From Squalus acanthias (taxonomy: Eukaryota), in NCBI GenBank assembly GCA_030390025.1, contig CM059432.1, forward strand, positions 84,694,001 through 84,758,000: 64,000 nt of DNA, written 5' to 3'. Position numbers and translations under genes: made by a program. This document shows positions 10,955 to 23,175 of the stretch, piece after piece; the stretch's first letter is position 1; every line of letters starts with the position of its first letter. The notes beneath the pieces are model-generated. The model worked only from the letters and a program-made list of their open reading frames with translations. It was not told the DNA's origin and ran no database searches.

Positions 10955-13347
10955 CCTTGGCTGGAAATGGAATCTCAGGTCTCTCCAGGTCGAGATTCAA
11001 GGCTGCAATGAGCAGGGTGTGGCTGGGGAGCAAGATCGCCCCCCCCTTTAAGAACTGGCCGGCGCCAGTGTGTCTGTGTTCCCTCGCTAACTGGCAGCAC
11101 CTGCGCTGCGCTCGCGCTCTGAGTTAGCGCCTCACTCCTCGGCCTTTGCGCCTTAAGACAGGTGTGCAGCACCTGATTTAGCGCTCCAATCACCTCCCGG
11201 GGCGTTAAAAGTGAAGTTTCCAGTCAGTGGCGATAATTAGCGCCAGGCGCTAATTTTTGCGCCCGGACGATATTTGCGCCCCAAACGGGGCGCGACTGAA
11301 TTTTTCCCCCATTATATTTTCAAAGCCTCTCTGTAGGTATATTTTACAACTTGTAAATTGAAAACACTTCTCTTAGGGTGTTTACTTGTTTTCTTGCTAT
11401 CTCAATTGGTTGCATATTTATTCGTGTTTCCTGTCTTATTTGATGTTACTTTATGAAGGCATATGGTTGTTTAAAGTTCTACGTTTCTGTTTCCCTGAGT
11501 GTTAGCTTATAACACTTTACTTGGGTCATTCCATTGTGTTTCTCCCAAACTCCAGACCTTCTGGAAGCGCCAATGGTTTGCTTCAATAGGGCCATTGTTT
11601 TTGTGTTTACAACCATCTCCCATTTCAAAGCTTGTGGTGTTTTACAGCTTTTGTGTTAACACTTCATCTTATCTCAGAAGCCTGTATTGTGTTTGCAGCC
11701 TGTGTCGCCAAGGCTTTCCAGACTTTTAAACTCAGTATGTCTTGTATTAATAATATAAGAAATCTGTTTATAGGATGATGTATTTCTTGGAATATGGCTT
11801 ATTCCATTACAGCATAGCCTGGACGACCACATGTGTGGGAAGTGTTGCCAGCTACAGCAACTCGAGCTCTGGGTTTTGGAGCTTGAGCGGCGACAGGAGT
11901 CACTGCGGTGCATCCGCGAGGCTGAGAGTTATGTGCATAGCATGTTTCTAGAGGTGGTCACCCCGCAGTATAAGGGTATGCAGGCAGAGAGGGAATGGGT
12001 GGCCGTCAGACAGAAGAGGAGGACCAGGCAGGTAGTGCAGGAGTCCCTGGAGTGCATCACGCTCTCCAACCAGTATGCTGTTCTGAGTACTGGTGAGGCG
12101 ATGGTTTCTCTGGGGAGTGCAGCCAGAGTCAAATCCATGGCACCACGGGTGGCTCAGCTGCACAGGGGGGGGAGGAAAAAGAGTGGAAGAGTAATAGTGG
12201 TATGGGATTCAATAGTTAGGGGAGCAGACAGGCGTTTCTGTGGCTGTAGACGTGACTCCAGGATGGTATGTTGCCTCCCTGGTGCCAGGGTCAAGGATGT
12301 CACTGAGCGGCTGCAGGACACTGATGGGGGAGGGTGAACAGCCAGAGGTCGTTGTCCATATCGGTACCAATGACATAGGCAGAAAGAGGGATGAGGACCT
12401 GCAGGCAGAGTTTAGGGAGCTAGGAGAGAGATTAAAAAGCAGGACCTCAAAGGTAGTAATCTCCGGATTACTCCCGATGCCACGTGAAAGTGAGTACAGA
12501 AATAGGAGGATAGATCAGATGAATGCGTAGCTGGAGAGATGGTGCAGGAGGGAGGGCTTTAGATTCCTGAGGCATTGGGACCATTTCTGGGGAAGGTGGG
12601 ACCTGTACAAGCCAGATAGGTTACACCTCAACAGAGTCGGGACCAATATTCTCGCGGGGAGGTTTGCCAGTGCTGTTGGGGAGGGTTTAAATTAGCTTGG
12701 CAGGGGGATGGGCACCAGCATATAGGAGTAGAAAAGAGGAATAAGGTGCATAAAAGAGTGATCGTGTGGGATAGTACTAGAGAAGATAGTACTAGAGGCG
12801 GTAGTAGTACCATATTAGATAGGAGCAGACTAAGACAGACTACAAAAAATTCAAAAATGGGTTTAGAATGCATGTATGTAAACGCACAAAGTTTGGTGAA
12901 TAAGGTTGGTGAGCTACAATCACAATTAGCCATGTGGCAATAAAATGTGGCAAAAACGGAAACGTGGCTTAAAAATGGTGAGGGCTGGGCACCTAATATT
13001 CAAGGGTACAAGGTGTTCAGAAAAGATAGGGAAGGAAAAAAGGGAGGTGGGGTGGTAGTGCTGATGAAGGAAAACATTGTACTGTTGGAAAGGGAGGGAG
13101 TTCTTGAGGGGACAAGGACAGAATCCATTTGGTTAGTGTTGAGCAAAAAGGGTATGATCACGCTATTGGGGGTATTCTATAGGCCTCCAAATAGTGAGAG
13201 GAAGGATGAGGAGCAAATCTGCAGGGAAATCACAGAGATATGCAAGAGCTATAGAGTGGTGATATTGGGGGACTTTAATTACCCAAATATCGATTGGGAT
13301 AATGCTAGGGTAAAGGGAAAGGATGGGGAAGAATTTCTGAAATGTGT

Positions 13348-13559
13348 TCAGGAGAATTTCATTGACCAATATATTCTTGGCCCAACTAGGAAGGAGGCAT
13401 TGCTGGATCTGGTGCTGGGGAATGAGGTGGGCCAGGTCAACCAAGTGTCTGTGGGAGAACACTTGGTTGACCTGGCCCACCTCATTCCCCAGCACCAGAT
13501 CCAGCAATGCCTCCTTCCTAGTTGGGCCAAGAATATATTGGTCAATGAAATTCTCCTGA
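13348..13559. repeat. Perfect inverted repeat: 101-bp arms, 10-bp spacer
   Basis: 13348-13448 is the exact reverse complement of 13459-13559; the sequence is CR1 endonuclease region. Confidence 0.97.
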
Positions 13560-14148
13560 GGGAGTGCTATTTAAAGGCGACCGCTTCCTGCCTTTTTTAG
13601 TTGGCGACATTTTTGCACCACACATTCTGAGAGAGAGAGAGAGACTTCTGGAGAGATTCAACGCTGTGTGAAGGAGTTTTGGGTACTGAGCAGCACTTTG
13701 CAGGTTCATTTTGATTTGACCTTCCTTGCATCGATTTAGAAGAGACTGTGGGGCTGCACTCTGAGCTCTTTCCCTGGTCCTCTCCATTGTTCTTTCCAGC
13801 AAATTTGATGTACAGGTCTCTCCAGGCCAAGATTCAAGGCTGCAATGAGCAGGGTGTGGATGGAGAGCAAGATCGGCCCTCCCCTTTAAGAACTGGCCGG
13901 CGCCAGTGTGTCTGTGTTCCATTGCTGACTGACATCACATGAGCTTCGCCAGCGCTCTGTGGTAGCGCCTCGCTCCTCAGCGTTAGCGCCTTAAGAGAGG
14001 TGTGTAGCGCCTGATTTAGCACTCCAATCACCTCCAGGGGCGATAGAAGCCAAGTTTGCAGTTGAAGGCGATAAGTAGCGCCAGGCACTAAACTTTGCGC
14101 CCGGCCAATAATTGCACCCCAAACGGGGCGATATCGAATTTCTCCCCC
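13560..14148 (+). mobile_element. Truncated non-autonomous Harbinger (family A-related MITE), left end lost
   Basis: Similar to 7485-7705 joined to about 10930-11310. Ends GAATTTCTCCCCC and has the same internal junction as 32675-33568. Confidence 0.9.
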
Positions 14149-14311
14149 TCAATGTTTTCAAGGGAAAACTGGATAGGCACTTGAGGGAAATACACTTGCA
14201 GGGCTATGGGAATAGAGTGGGGAAATGGGACTGACTGGATTGCTCTACAGAGAGCCGGCATGGACTCGATGGGCCAAATGGCCTCCTTCTGTGCCGTTAT
14301 GACTCTATGAC

Positions 14312-14368
14312 TTCTGACAGTGCAGCACTCCCTCAGTAGTGCACTGATGTGTTAGCCTAGATTATTGC
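14312..14368 (-). mobile_element. DeuSINE/SacSINE1-like fragment
   Basis: GACAGTGCAGCACTCCCTCAGTA...GCCTAGATT recognised from memory of Deu-domain SINEs. Confidence 0.55.
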
Positions 14369-14781
14369 CCTGGTATCTGTGCACCCTGGATTGACTGATG
14401 TTGTTGATATTCCCTGTGGTGCCTTTGAATGAGCCTGAAGGATGAAAGCTCAGGGTTGTGGTCAACTTCACTACCAGTGGCAGTGTCACTCCTGTGGTGG
14501 AGGTTGCTTGCTGGCCTGATTCAAGCAAATGGTACAACGGTGTCATTAGCTGCCTGCTGAAGCAGAGCCTGCAGAGGTGGGTTTCCTTAGACATTCTCAT
14601 AGAAGTGTAACTGGATCAATAGACATAAAGGAAAGTACAGGCAGTCCACCTCTGGTGTAAGCAAACCTGCTTTGCATCCCTCCTTTTATCCTCTTCTTCC
14701 TTCTCTTTAATAATACAGGAAGAGAAGAATCTCATTGGAATTCCTACATCCAGAATTTTGATTGTAGCAATGATAAATCTT

Positions 14782-15579
14782 GGGCCAGAAATTGTTGGAA
14801 AGTTGTTTCATTAGAATGACGCATTAATGGTATTGCCATTATTAATTTGTAAAAATTCAGGAATTTGCAGAGGAAAAGAGATATTACATGAGCTCTGATT
14901 TGCGCTGCTCCACTGTTAGCCTCGCCAAAGCCGATAAAAGTACCTTCTCGCCGTGAGGCTGCCCATTGAACTGGATGGCAATTGTAAAATTGGTCTTTTT
15001 TCGTCTAGCAATTCCTATGTTCTTATGAAAGCAGTGCAATGATGTACCCACTGGGTGTTCCACTGTTCTTGATCATGATGGAACTTTACTCATGACTCAA
15101 GAATGTTTGTACATTTTGCACACCTACCCTGACATTCACTCATTAACTTCTCAAGGACCAATACAGTCATTCCCCAATGCAACTGGGTTACAATGTTCTC
15201 TTCTTCTGCTGGTTCTTCTTAATATTTTGCTAATTTTTCTTTTCTGTCTTCTTTTTCTCTCTCTCTCTCTTAATCCACTCTCTTTCTTTATCTCTCTTTG
15301 TTCCTCTTTCTGTCTCTAAATTTCATTTGACTCTAATTCACCCTATTTCCTTCTCCGTCTTTTGCTTTGTTTCTTTCTCTATCCTATACTTTCATTGGTT
15401 AAGGAGCTAAGTCATTGGGTATGACATTCACGAGGTCCCAGATGCGACATTGACGTCACCAATATCGGATCGAAGTTCCCGCAATTTGCAGTCCAAATAT
15501 AGTGCATGTCAATGGTGACCATAATAGCCCAATTAACATTGTTTGCCATGAGATCTGCCATTGCAGCAATTTCTATCCC
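14782..15579. mobile_element. Old Harbinger-type MITE, about 800 bp
   Basis: Imperfect TIRs GGGCCAGAAATTG / CAATTTCTATCCC, 3-bp TSD CTT on both sides, CT-rich interior, TGACGTCA at 15451. Confidence 0.6.
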
Positions 15580-16130
15580 CTTGTAGCCAAAAATCTGAAG
15601 ACTCCAAAAGTAAGCAAAGTGCCAAAAAAAGATTGAAAATTTTAGTTCTGATCATCCAAAAATTAAAGGAGCTGATTTTCCTGCTCCTGTGTCTGTGATG
15701 CAACAAATAGTGAGAAATTGGACAGGGAAGATCACCAGGTGCCCTAAAGTCCAGCTTTATATAAGCTCAAAATCAAAATACAGCTGGTCCCTCTTTAAAC
15801 ATTGACATCCTGTCAGCCCGGAACATGTCTGCCCTGATCACATGTTTTATATGGGTGGTCTAAGTGCAGAGCAAATTGGAGAATCAAACCTGTGCTGATT
15901 TCCATCTCATTAACGTTGATTATAATATTTAGATAAAGAGTTCACACATTTTGCACTTTAGGCCAGTCTACAAGGCCAGCTAGAAGATTGCATGGAGTGA
16001 ACAATGGATGGACATCTGGGGAGGTTCATCTCCATCCAATGTTCCAGTTCTCAGTCACAAATTCCACCCTGGCACCACCAATCATGGTTAACAGAAGATT
16101 AGCCCTATTAAATAATGAAGGAATGTAATG

Positions 16131-16258
16131 AACATACATTTATATAGAGCTTTTACATGCTTAGGATGCCCGTAAGTACTTCACAGCTAATGAATTACTT
16201 TTGAAGTTTGGTCACTCTTGTTATAAAGATAAACATGACAGCCAATATGCACACAGTT
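16131..16258 (-). mobile_element. Diverged L2-derived SINE 3' tail
   Basis: The reverse complement resembles the tail at 46108-46202. Confidence 0.6.
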
Positions 16259-16830
16259 AGATACTACATTGGTACCTGTTGAATCAGTAGCCATACGTGA
16301 GAAGCAACACATGACTGAGCACTATCTACCATCATTCTCATTTGAGGTAGGAAAGGTAGCAGTGCTATTGGATGATGAAATGAAAGCCCTGCATACCGAA
16401 TGGCCCTAGTCAGTTGTGTGGAGATACTTTCTTTGAAGTGGATGCTTCTGTAGCAGCAGGTCCATATTAAGAAGCCACTTCCACCTTCCTTATACAACAT
16501 AGGAAAATGGTTAGTATAGTATGGAGGGATCCAATACCCACATATGCACTGCCATCACCTAAAAGAAGCTAGGCTCCTATTATCCCAAATGGTTATGGAT
16601 GATAGGACAATTGGAGCTTCCAAGACTGAGATACATAGATTTTTGTTAGGTGAGGATATCAAGAGATATGGAAGGCGGGTAAATAATTGAGGTGCAGATC
16701 AGCCAACACTGTACTCGCACAGAGTTGCCATAAATGGAGTGCATTGCAAACAGTGTGTAAAAGATGAGAATTTGGTGAGAGTGGGAATTTGGTGCAGAGG
16801 AGGAAGGAGGTGCTGCTTTCTGCCTTCAAT

Positions 16831-17572
16831 GGCCCAAAAATTCATCCCGGTGCGCGAGAGTACGCACTGCGTACTCTCGCGTATTCCCTCTGCAATTGCC
16901 GGTTTTCTGCATGCCCTGCGCATGCGCTGAAAACCGGCAATTGCTCTTTTGAAAAGGGGGCGGTTCCTCGGTGCATCGCGTGCACGCTACAGGCTGCGCG
17001 CACGCTGTGCACTTCATGCTTTGGACACGCAGGTAAGTACTGAAGATTTTAGAAATGTAAAAAGGAGGAGTAAGACCCACTTTTAACAAGGTTAGTAGTA
17101 AATTAAGTATTTTTTTGAATTTTTTTTTACAGGTGTATCTTTTTTAGAGACTTTAAAGACAGGTAAGTTTATTTTTATAACTTTTTAAAAGATTTTAAAT
17201 TTTTTCAAAAATTTAATTTTTTATTTAAAATGGTTAATTTATTTAACTATACTTATTTTATTAATGTGATGGTTTTTTTTAAATTTAATTGAGGTTTAGC
17301 TGTTATTTTGGGGGGGTGTAAGATTCATAGATTTCACAGCACGTATGTGAAACTTATGAATGGAAGATGGTGTGCTGCCTTTGGCTCTAACTGAGTCACG
17401 TGATCCCACAGCTCGCACGAATTCACTACGCCGGTGGGATACGCAAGCACTGCCCGGCTGATGTCTGGAACATCAAGTTCGTGCGAGCTGGATCTGAAAA
17501 ACCACAAGCGAGGTGAGAGATCGCGGGGAAGGCTTACCCCCGCGGGAACAGAGCGAGATCAATTTCTGGGCC
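16831..17572. mobile_element. Harbinger-type MITE, 742 bp, with internal hairpins and an AT-rich core
   Basis: TIRs GGCCCAAAAATT / AATTTCTGGGCC; a homologous copy lies in inverse orientation at 58827-59568. Confidence 0.85.
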
Positions 17573-17704
17573 CATATTTGAAGTGGTTTATGTAAGTTTG
17601 AGGCAGTATTTAAAATTTTGTCCAGTGTTTTAGTGCTTAGTACAAGTTAGTGTGTAAACAAAAACCTTACAACAGACTAAAAAGTAGATAGAAATAATAT
17701 AGAC

Positions 17705-20700
17705 TAATATATAGCAGAGCAGGTTGTGTGTCTGGACTGCAGTATGTGGGAGTTTATGCACAGCGAGACTGTCTCGAATGAACACGTCTGCAGTATGCCT
17801 CCATCTCAAATCTCTCGGCTCAGAGTCATTGAGCTGGAGCATGAATTGGAGATGCTCCGACACATAAGAGAGGGGGAAGAGTACCTAAACAATTTGCTCC
17901 AGACCTCGTCACACCTTGTAGAGAGGTGCAGGATCAGAATGGGGTTGGTGTGACCGATAGCGTACAGAGTAAGAGGAACCCAAGTGAGATAGAGAACAAG
18001 GATCCACAGAAACTGATCCTATCCAACATGCACAATGTACTTGCTACCTGTGAGGATAAGGATAAAGACTGTCGGAAGGACAGCCGGAATGCTGACCATG
18101 GCATCTTGGAGTCGGAGGCTGTCCAAAGGTGGAACGAGGAGGAGGAGGGGAAGTTTAATGTGGAAGTTGTCGGGGTTTCAATAATTAGGGGGACTGATAG
18201 CATCTTTTGTAAGCAGGATAGAGAGTCCCACATCTCGAACCGGGTTGAAAGGATATTGAAGCGGGAGGGGGAGGATCCAGTCATTGTGGTTCATGTTGGG
18301 ACCAACAAAATAGGGAAGAGTAGGCAAGAGGTCCTGTTTGGGGAGTACCAAGAGCTAGGAGCTAAATTAAAGAACAGGACCTCAAGGGTTATAAACGCTG
18401 GATTATTACCTGAGCCACGTGCAAAGTGGCGTAGGGATAAGCAGATTAGGGAGGTGAACACATGGCTGACGGAGTGGTGTGGGAAAGAGGGGTTTCATTT
18501 CATGTGACACTGGCACCGGTACTGGGACAGGAAGGAGCTATACCATTGGGACGGGCTCCACCTGAACCGGTCTGGGACCAGGGTCCTAGCAGAAAGGATA
18601 AATAGGGCGGTCACAAGGACTTTAAACTAGTAAATGGGGGGAAGGACTCAGGTGGAAAAGATAGTATAAGTAACAGTTCTGAAACAAATGAAAAAGAAGA
18701 GAGTAGAGTTAAGGTCAAAAATTGTGTTTTAGGGAATAGTAAAAGATGTAAAGTAATAAAACCAGGATAGACAAATAAGAGATGTGTGAGCAAAACATTA
18801 GAGCAGAAGGACAGGTTAGGATGTGTGGCCTAAATAAGCTTTCTGTGTACAAACGCACGGAGTATAACGTACAAATTGAATGAAATACAGGTGCAAATTC
18901 AACTTGGAGGGTATGACATGGTAGCCATTACTGAGACATGGCTGTAAGACAAGTAGGACTGGGAACTAAATATACCAGGTTATAACATCTATAGGAAAGA
19001 TAGGGAAAATAGTAGAGGGGGAGGAGTAGCCTTAGTGATTAAGGATAAAATCACTTCAGTGATAAGAGAGGATATATCGAGAGGTAAGTAGGCAGTGGAG
19101 ACTTTATGGGTAGAATTAAGAATTAGAAAAGGATTTAAGACTGTAGTGGGAGTTGTGTATAGGCCCCCTGGTAGCACTGTGAAGTAGTAGAATGTATAAA
19201 TGCAGAGATTAGACACGCATGCAGTAAAGGCAGCGTGGTTTTAATGGGGAATTTTAACTTTCATATAGATTGGGATAAGCAGACTAGCACCTGTTAGAAA
19301 GGCAGTGAATTTCTTGAGTGTGCTCAGGATAGTTTGCTGCAACAATATGTCCTAGAACCAACAAGGGGGCATGCCATATTAGATTTAGTAATGAGTAATG
19401 AGCCAGATTTAGTTAACAGCCTATCGGTGCGTGAACATTTATCGAACATGATCGAGTTCAACATAGTGTTTGAAAGGGAGAAACACAAAACAGCTACTGA
19501 AATTAAAGATTTAGGCAAGGCTGACTTCAATGCGATGAGACAGATACTGTCCACAGTAAACTGGGCAAATCTGTTAATGGGTAAAACGACAGAAGATCAG
19601 TGGGAGGTGCTCAAAAAGAATTTAATGTGATACAGAACCAGTTTATACCCCTGAGGGGCAAGAGCTCTACTTGCTACATAAACACCATGGATGACTAAAG
19701 AGGTAAGAAACAACATAAAACTAAAAGAAAAAGCATACAAAAATGCAAAATATAGCACAGATCCTTGCGACTGGGAGAGATACAAAGAACAACAAAAGAT
19801 GACAAAACAGATAGCAAGAGCTACAAAAAGGGAGTATGAAAAGGAAATTACAAGGGATATCAAAATCACAATTTTTTTAAACAATTATATTAGAAAAAAG
19901 AGGGTGGTCAGGAGCAATGTGGGCGCCTTGAAAACTGATAACGGTGTTATTGTAAATGAAAATAAGGAAATGGTGGACATGTTGAATAATTACTTTGCGT
20001 CAGTATTTACAGTAGAGGAAGAGGATAGCATGCCAGACATCCCAAGGAAACTAATATTGAATCACGGACTGGGACTCACCAGAATTAACATAATCAAAAT
20101 AACAGTAATGTAAAAAATAATGGCACGAAAGAGTGACCAGGGCCAGATGGTTTCCGTTGTAAGGTTTTAAAGGAGGTAGGTGAGAACATTGCAGATGCCC
20201 TAACTATAATCTTCCAAAGTTCTATCGATTCGGGAACCATTCCTTTAGATTGGAAAATTGCGCATGTCACTCTGCTATTTAAGAAAGGTGAGAGAGGGAA
20301 ACCAGGGAATTATAGACCAGTTAGCCTAACATCTGTTGTTGGGAAATTGCTAAAGTCTATAATTAAGGATAGAGTGATTGAACACCTTGAAAATTTTCAG
20401 TTGATCAGAGAGAGCAAGCATGGATTGGTGAAAGGTAGGTCATGCCTGACGAACCTAATTGAATTTTTTGAGGAGGTGACTAAAGTAGTGGACAGGGGAA
20501 TGTCTACGGATGTTATTTATATGGACTTCAAGAAGGAATTTGATAAAATCCTTCATAAGAGATTGTTAGCTAAAGTTGAAGCTCACGGAATTGAAGGCAA
20601 ATTATTGACCTGGTTAGGAAATTGGCTGAGCAGCAGGAGACAGAGAGTAGGGATAATGGGCAGATACTCTAATTGGCAGGATGTGACTAGTGGTGTCCCG

Positions 20701-21687
20701 CAAGGATCTGTGTTGGGGCCTCAAGTTTTCACTGTATTTATTAATGACTTAGATGATGGGTTGGAAAGCCACATATCCAAGTTTGCTGATAACACGAAGA
20801 TAGGCGGCATTGTAAGCAGTGTAGTTGGAAGCATAAAATTAAAAAGAGATATTAATAGATTAAGCGAATGGGCAAAACTGTGGCAAATGGATTTCAATGT
20901 AGGCAAATGTGAGGTCATCCACTTTGGACCTAAAAAGGATAGAACAGGGTACTTTCTAAATGGTGAAAAGCTAGAAACAGTGGAGGTCCAAAGAAACTTA
21001 GGGGTCCATGTACATAGATCATTAAAATGTCATGGACTCATACAGAAAATAATTAAAAAGGCTAATGGAATGTTGGCCTTTATATCTAGAGGCTTAGAAT
21101 ACAAGGGGGTAGAAGTTACACTACAGCTACACAGAGCCCTAGTTAGACCACACCTGGAGTACTGTGAGCAGTTCTGGGTACCACACCTTAGGAAGGATAT
21201 ATTAGCCTTGGAGGGGTGCAGTGTAGATTTACCAGAATGATACCTGGACTCCAAGGGTTAAATTACGAGGTGAGATTACACAAATTAGAGTTGTATTCCC
21301 TGGAAATTAAAAGGTTAAGGGGTGATTTGATCAAAGTTTTCAAGATATTAAGGGGAACTATAGGGTAGATAGAGAGAAACTATTTCCGCAGGTTGGGGAG
21401 TCTAGGACGAGGGGCCATAATCTAAAAATTAAAGCCAGGCCTTTCAGGAGTGAAGTTAGGAAACACTTCTACATGCAAAGGGTGGTAGAAGTTTGGAACG
21501 CTTTTCCAGAAACGGCAATTGATGCGAGGTCAATTGTTAATTTTAAGTCTGAGATTGATAAATTTTTGTGAACCAAAGGTATTAAGGGATATGAGGAAAA
21601 GGCGAGTATGATCGCATTGAATGATGAAACAGGCTTGAGGGGCTAAATGGACTACTCCTGTTCCCATGTTCCTATGTCCTATGTTCC
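17705..21687 (+). mobile_element. Near full-length, decayed CR1 LINE (second family)
   Basis: ORF1 remnants (CLDCSMWEF, HVGTN, esterase), endonuclease and RT remnants (GVPQGSVLGP, KFADNTK), and a (CCTATGTT)-like tail. Confidence 0.92.
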
Positions 21688-22120
21688 ATTATCAAATTGA
21701 ATGGTGGAGCAGGCTCAAGGGGCTGAACAGCCTACTCCTGTTCCTAATACAAAAGCAAAATACTGCGGATGCTGGATATCTGAAATAAAAAAAGAAAATG
21801 CTGGAAAGGAGCAGCGGCAGCAGCGGGAGCGGCGGACCTGTGAGGGAGCAGCGGCTGTGGGAGTAAATAAAGGTCGGTGATTTTCAGGTCCAGTTGAGCA
21901 GCGGCAGCAGCGGGAGCGGCGGCAGAATTCGAGAGTGACGTCACAGTACAAAAAGTGATGTCGGCGCAGGGGAAGAAGCTGATTGGTGAGTATTGGGTGA
22001 GTGCTTTTTTTTTCTTCAATTTTAAGTTTATTTCTTTTAAGGTAGTTCATAGTTAAGGCAGTTTGGGAGAGCGAGAATCCGAGAGTTTAAATTTGAGGTA
22101 AGGGATTTTTAATTAAAAGT

Positions 22121-23071
22121 ATGGCGGGGGACCTCAGTCCCATGCGTTGCATGGCCTGCAGCATGTGGGAATTCCTAGATGCTTCTTGCAGTCAGGATGT
22201 CCGCATGTGCAGTAAGTGCCAACGGTTTGGCCAACTTGAGATCCGGTTTTCGGAGCTCGAGCATCAGCTGGAGGCACTGCGGTGTATCCGCGAGGCTGAG
22301 AGTTACGTGGATAGCTCGTTTTTAGATGTGGTCACCCCGCAGCTTAAGAAGCTGCAGTCAGAGAGGGAATGGGTGACCACCAGTCAGAAGAAGGGGGGCA
22401 GGCATGTAGTCAGGAAAGCCCCAGAGTGCATCTCACTCAACAACCGTTTTTCTGTGTTGGAAAACGGTGAAAGTGATGGTTCCTCTGGGGAGTGCAGCCA
22501 GAGCCAAGTTCACGGCACTGTGGGTGGCTCAGCTGCACAAGGGGGGAGGAGTAAGAGTGGAAGGGCAATAGTGGTAGGAGACTCAATAGTGAGGGGTGCA
22601 GACAGGCATTTCTGCGGCCGCAGACGTGACTCCAGGATGGTATGTTGCCTCCCTGGTGCCAGGGTCAAGGATGTCACTGAATGGCTGCAGGGCATTCTAA
22701 AGGGGGAGGGCGAACAGTCAGAGGTCGTGGTTCACATTGGTACCAACGACATAGGTAGAAAGAGGGATGAGGTCCTGCAACAAGAATTTAGGGAGCTAGG
22801 TAGCAGATTAAAAAGCAGGACCTCAAAGGTTGTAATCTCTGGATTACTCCCGGTGCCACGTGCTGGTGAGTATAGGAATAGAAGGATAGAGCAGATGAAT
22901 GCGTGGCTAAAGAGTTGGTGCAGGAGGGAGGGCTTTAGTTTCCTGGATCACTGGGTCTGTTTCTGGGGAAGGTGGGACCTGTACAAGTCGAACAGGTTGC
23001 ACCTGAGCCGGAACGGGACCAACATCCTTGCCGGGAGGTTTGCTAGTGCTGTTGGGGTGGGTTCAAACTAA
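22121..23071 (+). CDS. CR1 ORF1p, 316 aa: Cys-rich zinc-binding N-terminus, coiled coil, SGNH/GDSL esterase-like domain
   Basis: CMAC...CSKC, VVGDSIVRG and HIGTND motifs in an intact ORF. The usual DGLH motif reads NRLH. Confidence 0.88.
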   Translation: MAGDLSPMRCMACSMWEFLDASCSQDVRMCSKCQRFGQLEIRFSELEHQLEALRCIREAESYVDSSFLDVVTPQLKKLQSEREWVTTSQKKGGRHVVRKAPECISLNNRFSVLENGESDGSSGECSQSQVHGTVGGSAAQGGRSKSGRAIVVGDSIVRGADRHFCGRRRDSRMVCCLPGARVKDVTEWLQGILKGEGEQSEVVVHIGTNDIGRKRDEVLQQEFRELGSRLKSRTSKVVISGLLPVPRAGEYRNRRIEQMNAWLKSWCRREGFSFLDHWVCFWGRWDLYKSNRLHLSRNGTNILAGRFASAVGVGSN

Positions 23072-23175
23072 CTTGGCAGGGGGATGGGATACGGAGTGGA
23101 GCTATAGTAGGGGGTGATGCACAGCCAAATATAGAGGAAAAAACAAATCAGTCTGGAAGGCAGAGCAAATATGTA

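Larger units (their letters stand above)
7206..11310 (+). mobile_element. PIF/Harbinger DNA transposon, family A copy 1, full length and apparently intact
   Basis: TIRs GGGGGAAAAATTCAGT / ACTGAATTTTTCCCCC, convergent transposase and Myb/SANT genes, and subterminal TTAGCGCC repeats. The 3-bp flanks (TAA/ATT) do not match. Confidence 0.96.
5440..11811 (-). mobile_element. Probable solo LTR (about 2.27 kb after removing the nested Harbinger) of a Gypsy/ERV-type element
   Basis: Begins TGAAGGGATAA and ends TTATTCCATTACA (TG...CA, short imperfect inverted ends). Flanked by a 4-bp TSD, GCAT, at 5436-5439 and 11812-11815; removing it restores the CR1 ORF1 frame. The strand is a guess from minus-strand CAGGTAAGT donors. 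Confidence 0.72.
5371..12695 (+). pseudogene. CR1 ORF1 (Cys-rich N-terminus, coiled coil, SGNH esterase), split by a 6.4-kb insertion and frameshifted
   Basis: Colinear with the intact ORF1 at 22121-23071 (IVRGADR, MVCCLPGARVKD, HIGTND motifs). Confidence 0.85.
5069..14312 (+). mobile_element. CR1 LINE, fragmented: 5'UTR and ORF1 start to 5439, remainder 11812-13448, 3' end 14149-14312; most of ORF2 deleted
   Basis: The 5'UTR motif GAAGGAGCTGATTGGTGAGTA matches the CR1 at about 21970. The ATG at 5371 gives MAGQLHPVECTSCAMWEVLDTS, which resumes as HSLDDHMCGKCC at 11813. Endonuclease motifs (TETW, YRPP, GDFN) follow, then an (ATGACTCT)-type tail at about 14299-14312. Confidence 0.9.

Noticed and set aside
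12947..13600. Novel 217-aa endonuclease variant
   Set aside because: Its C-terminus is only the palindrome arm and MITE sequence read through.
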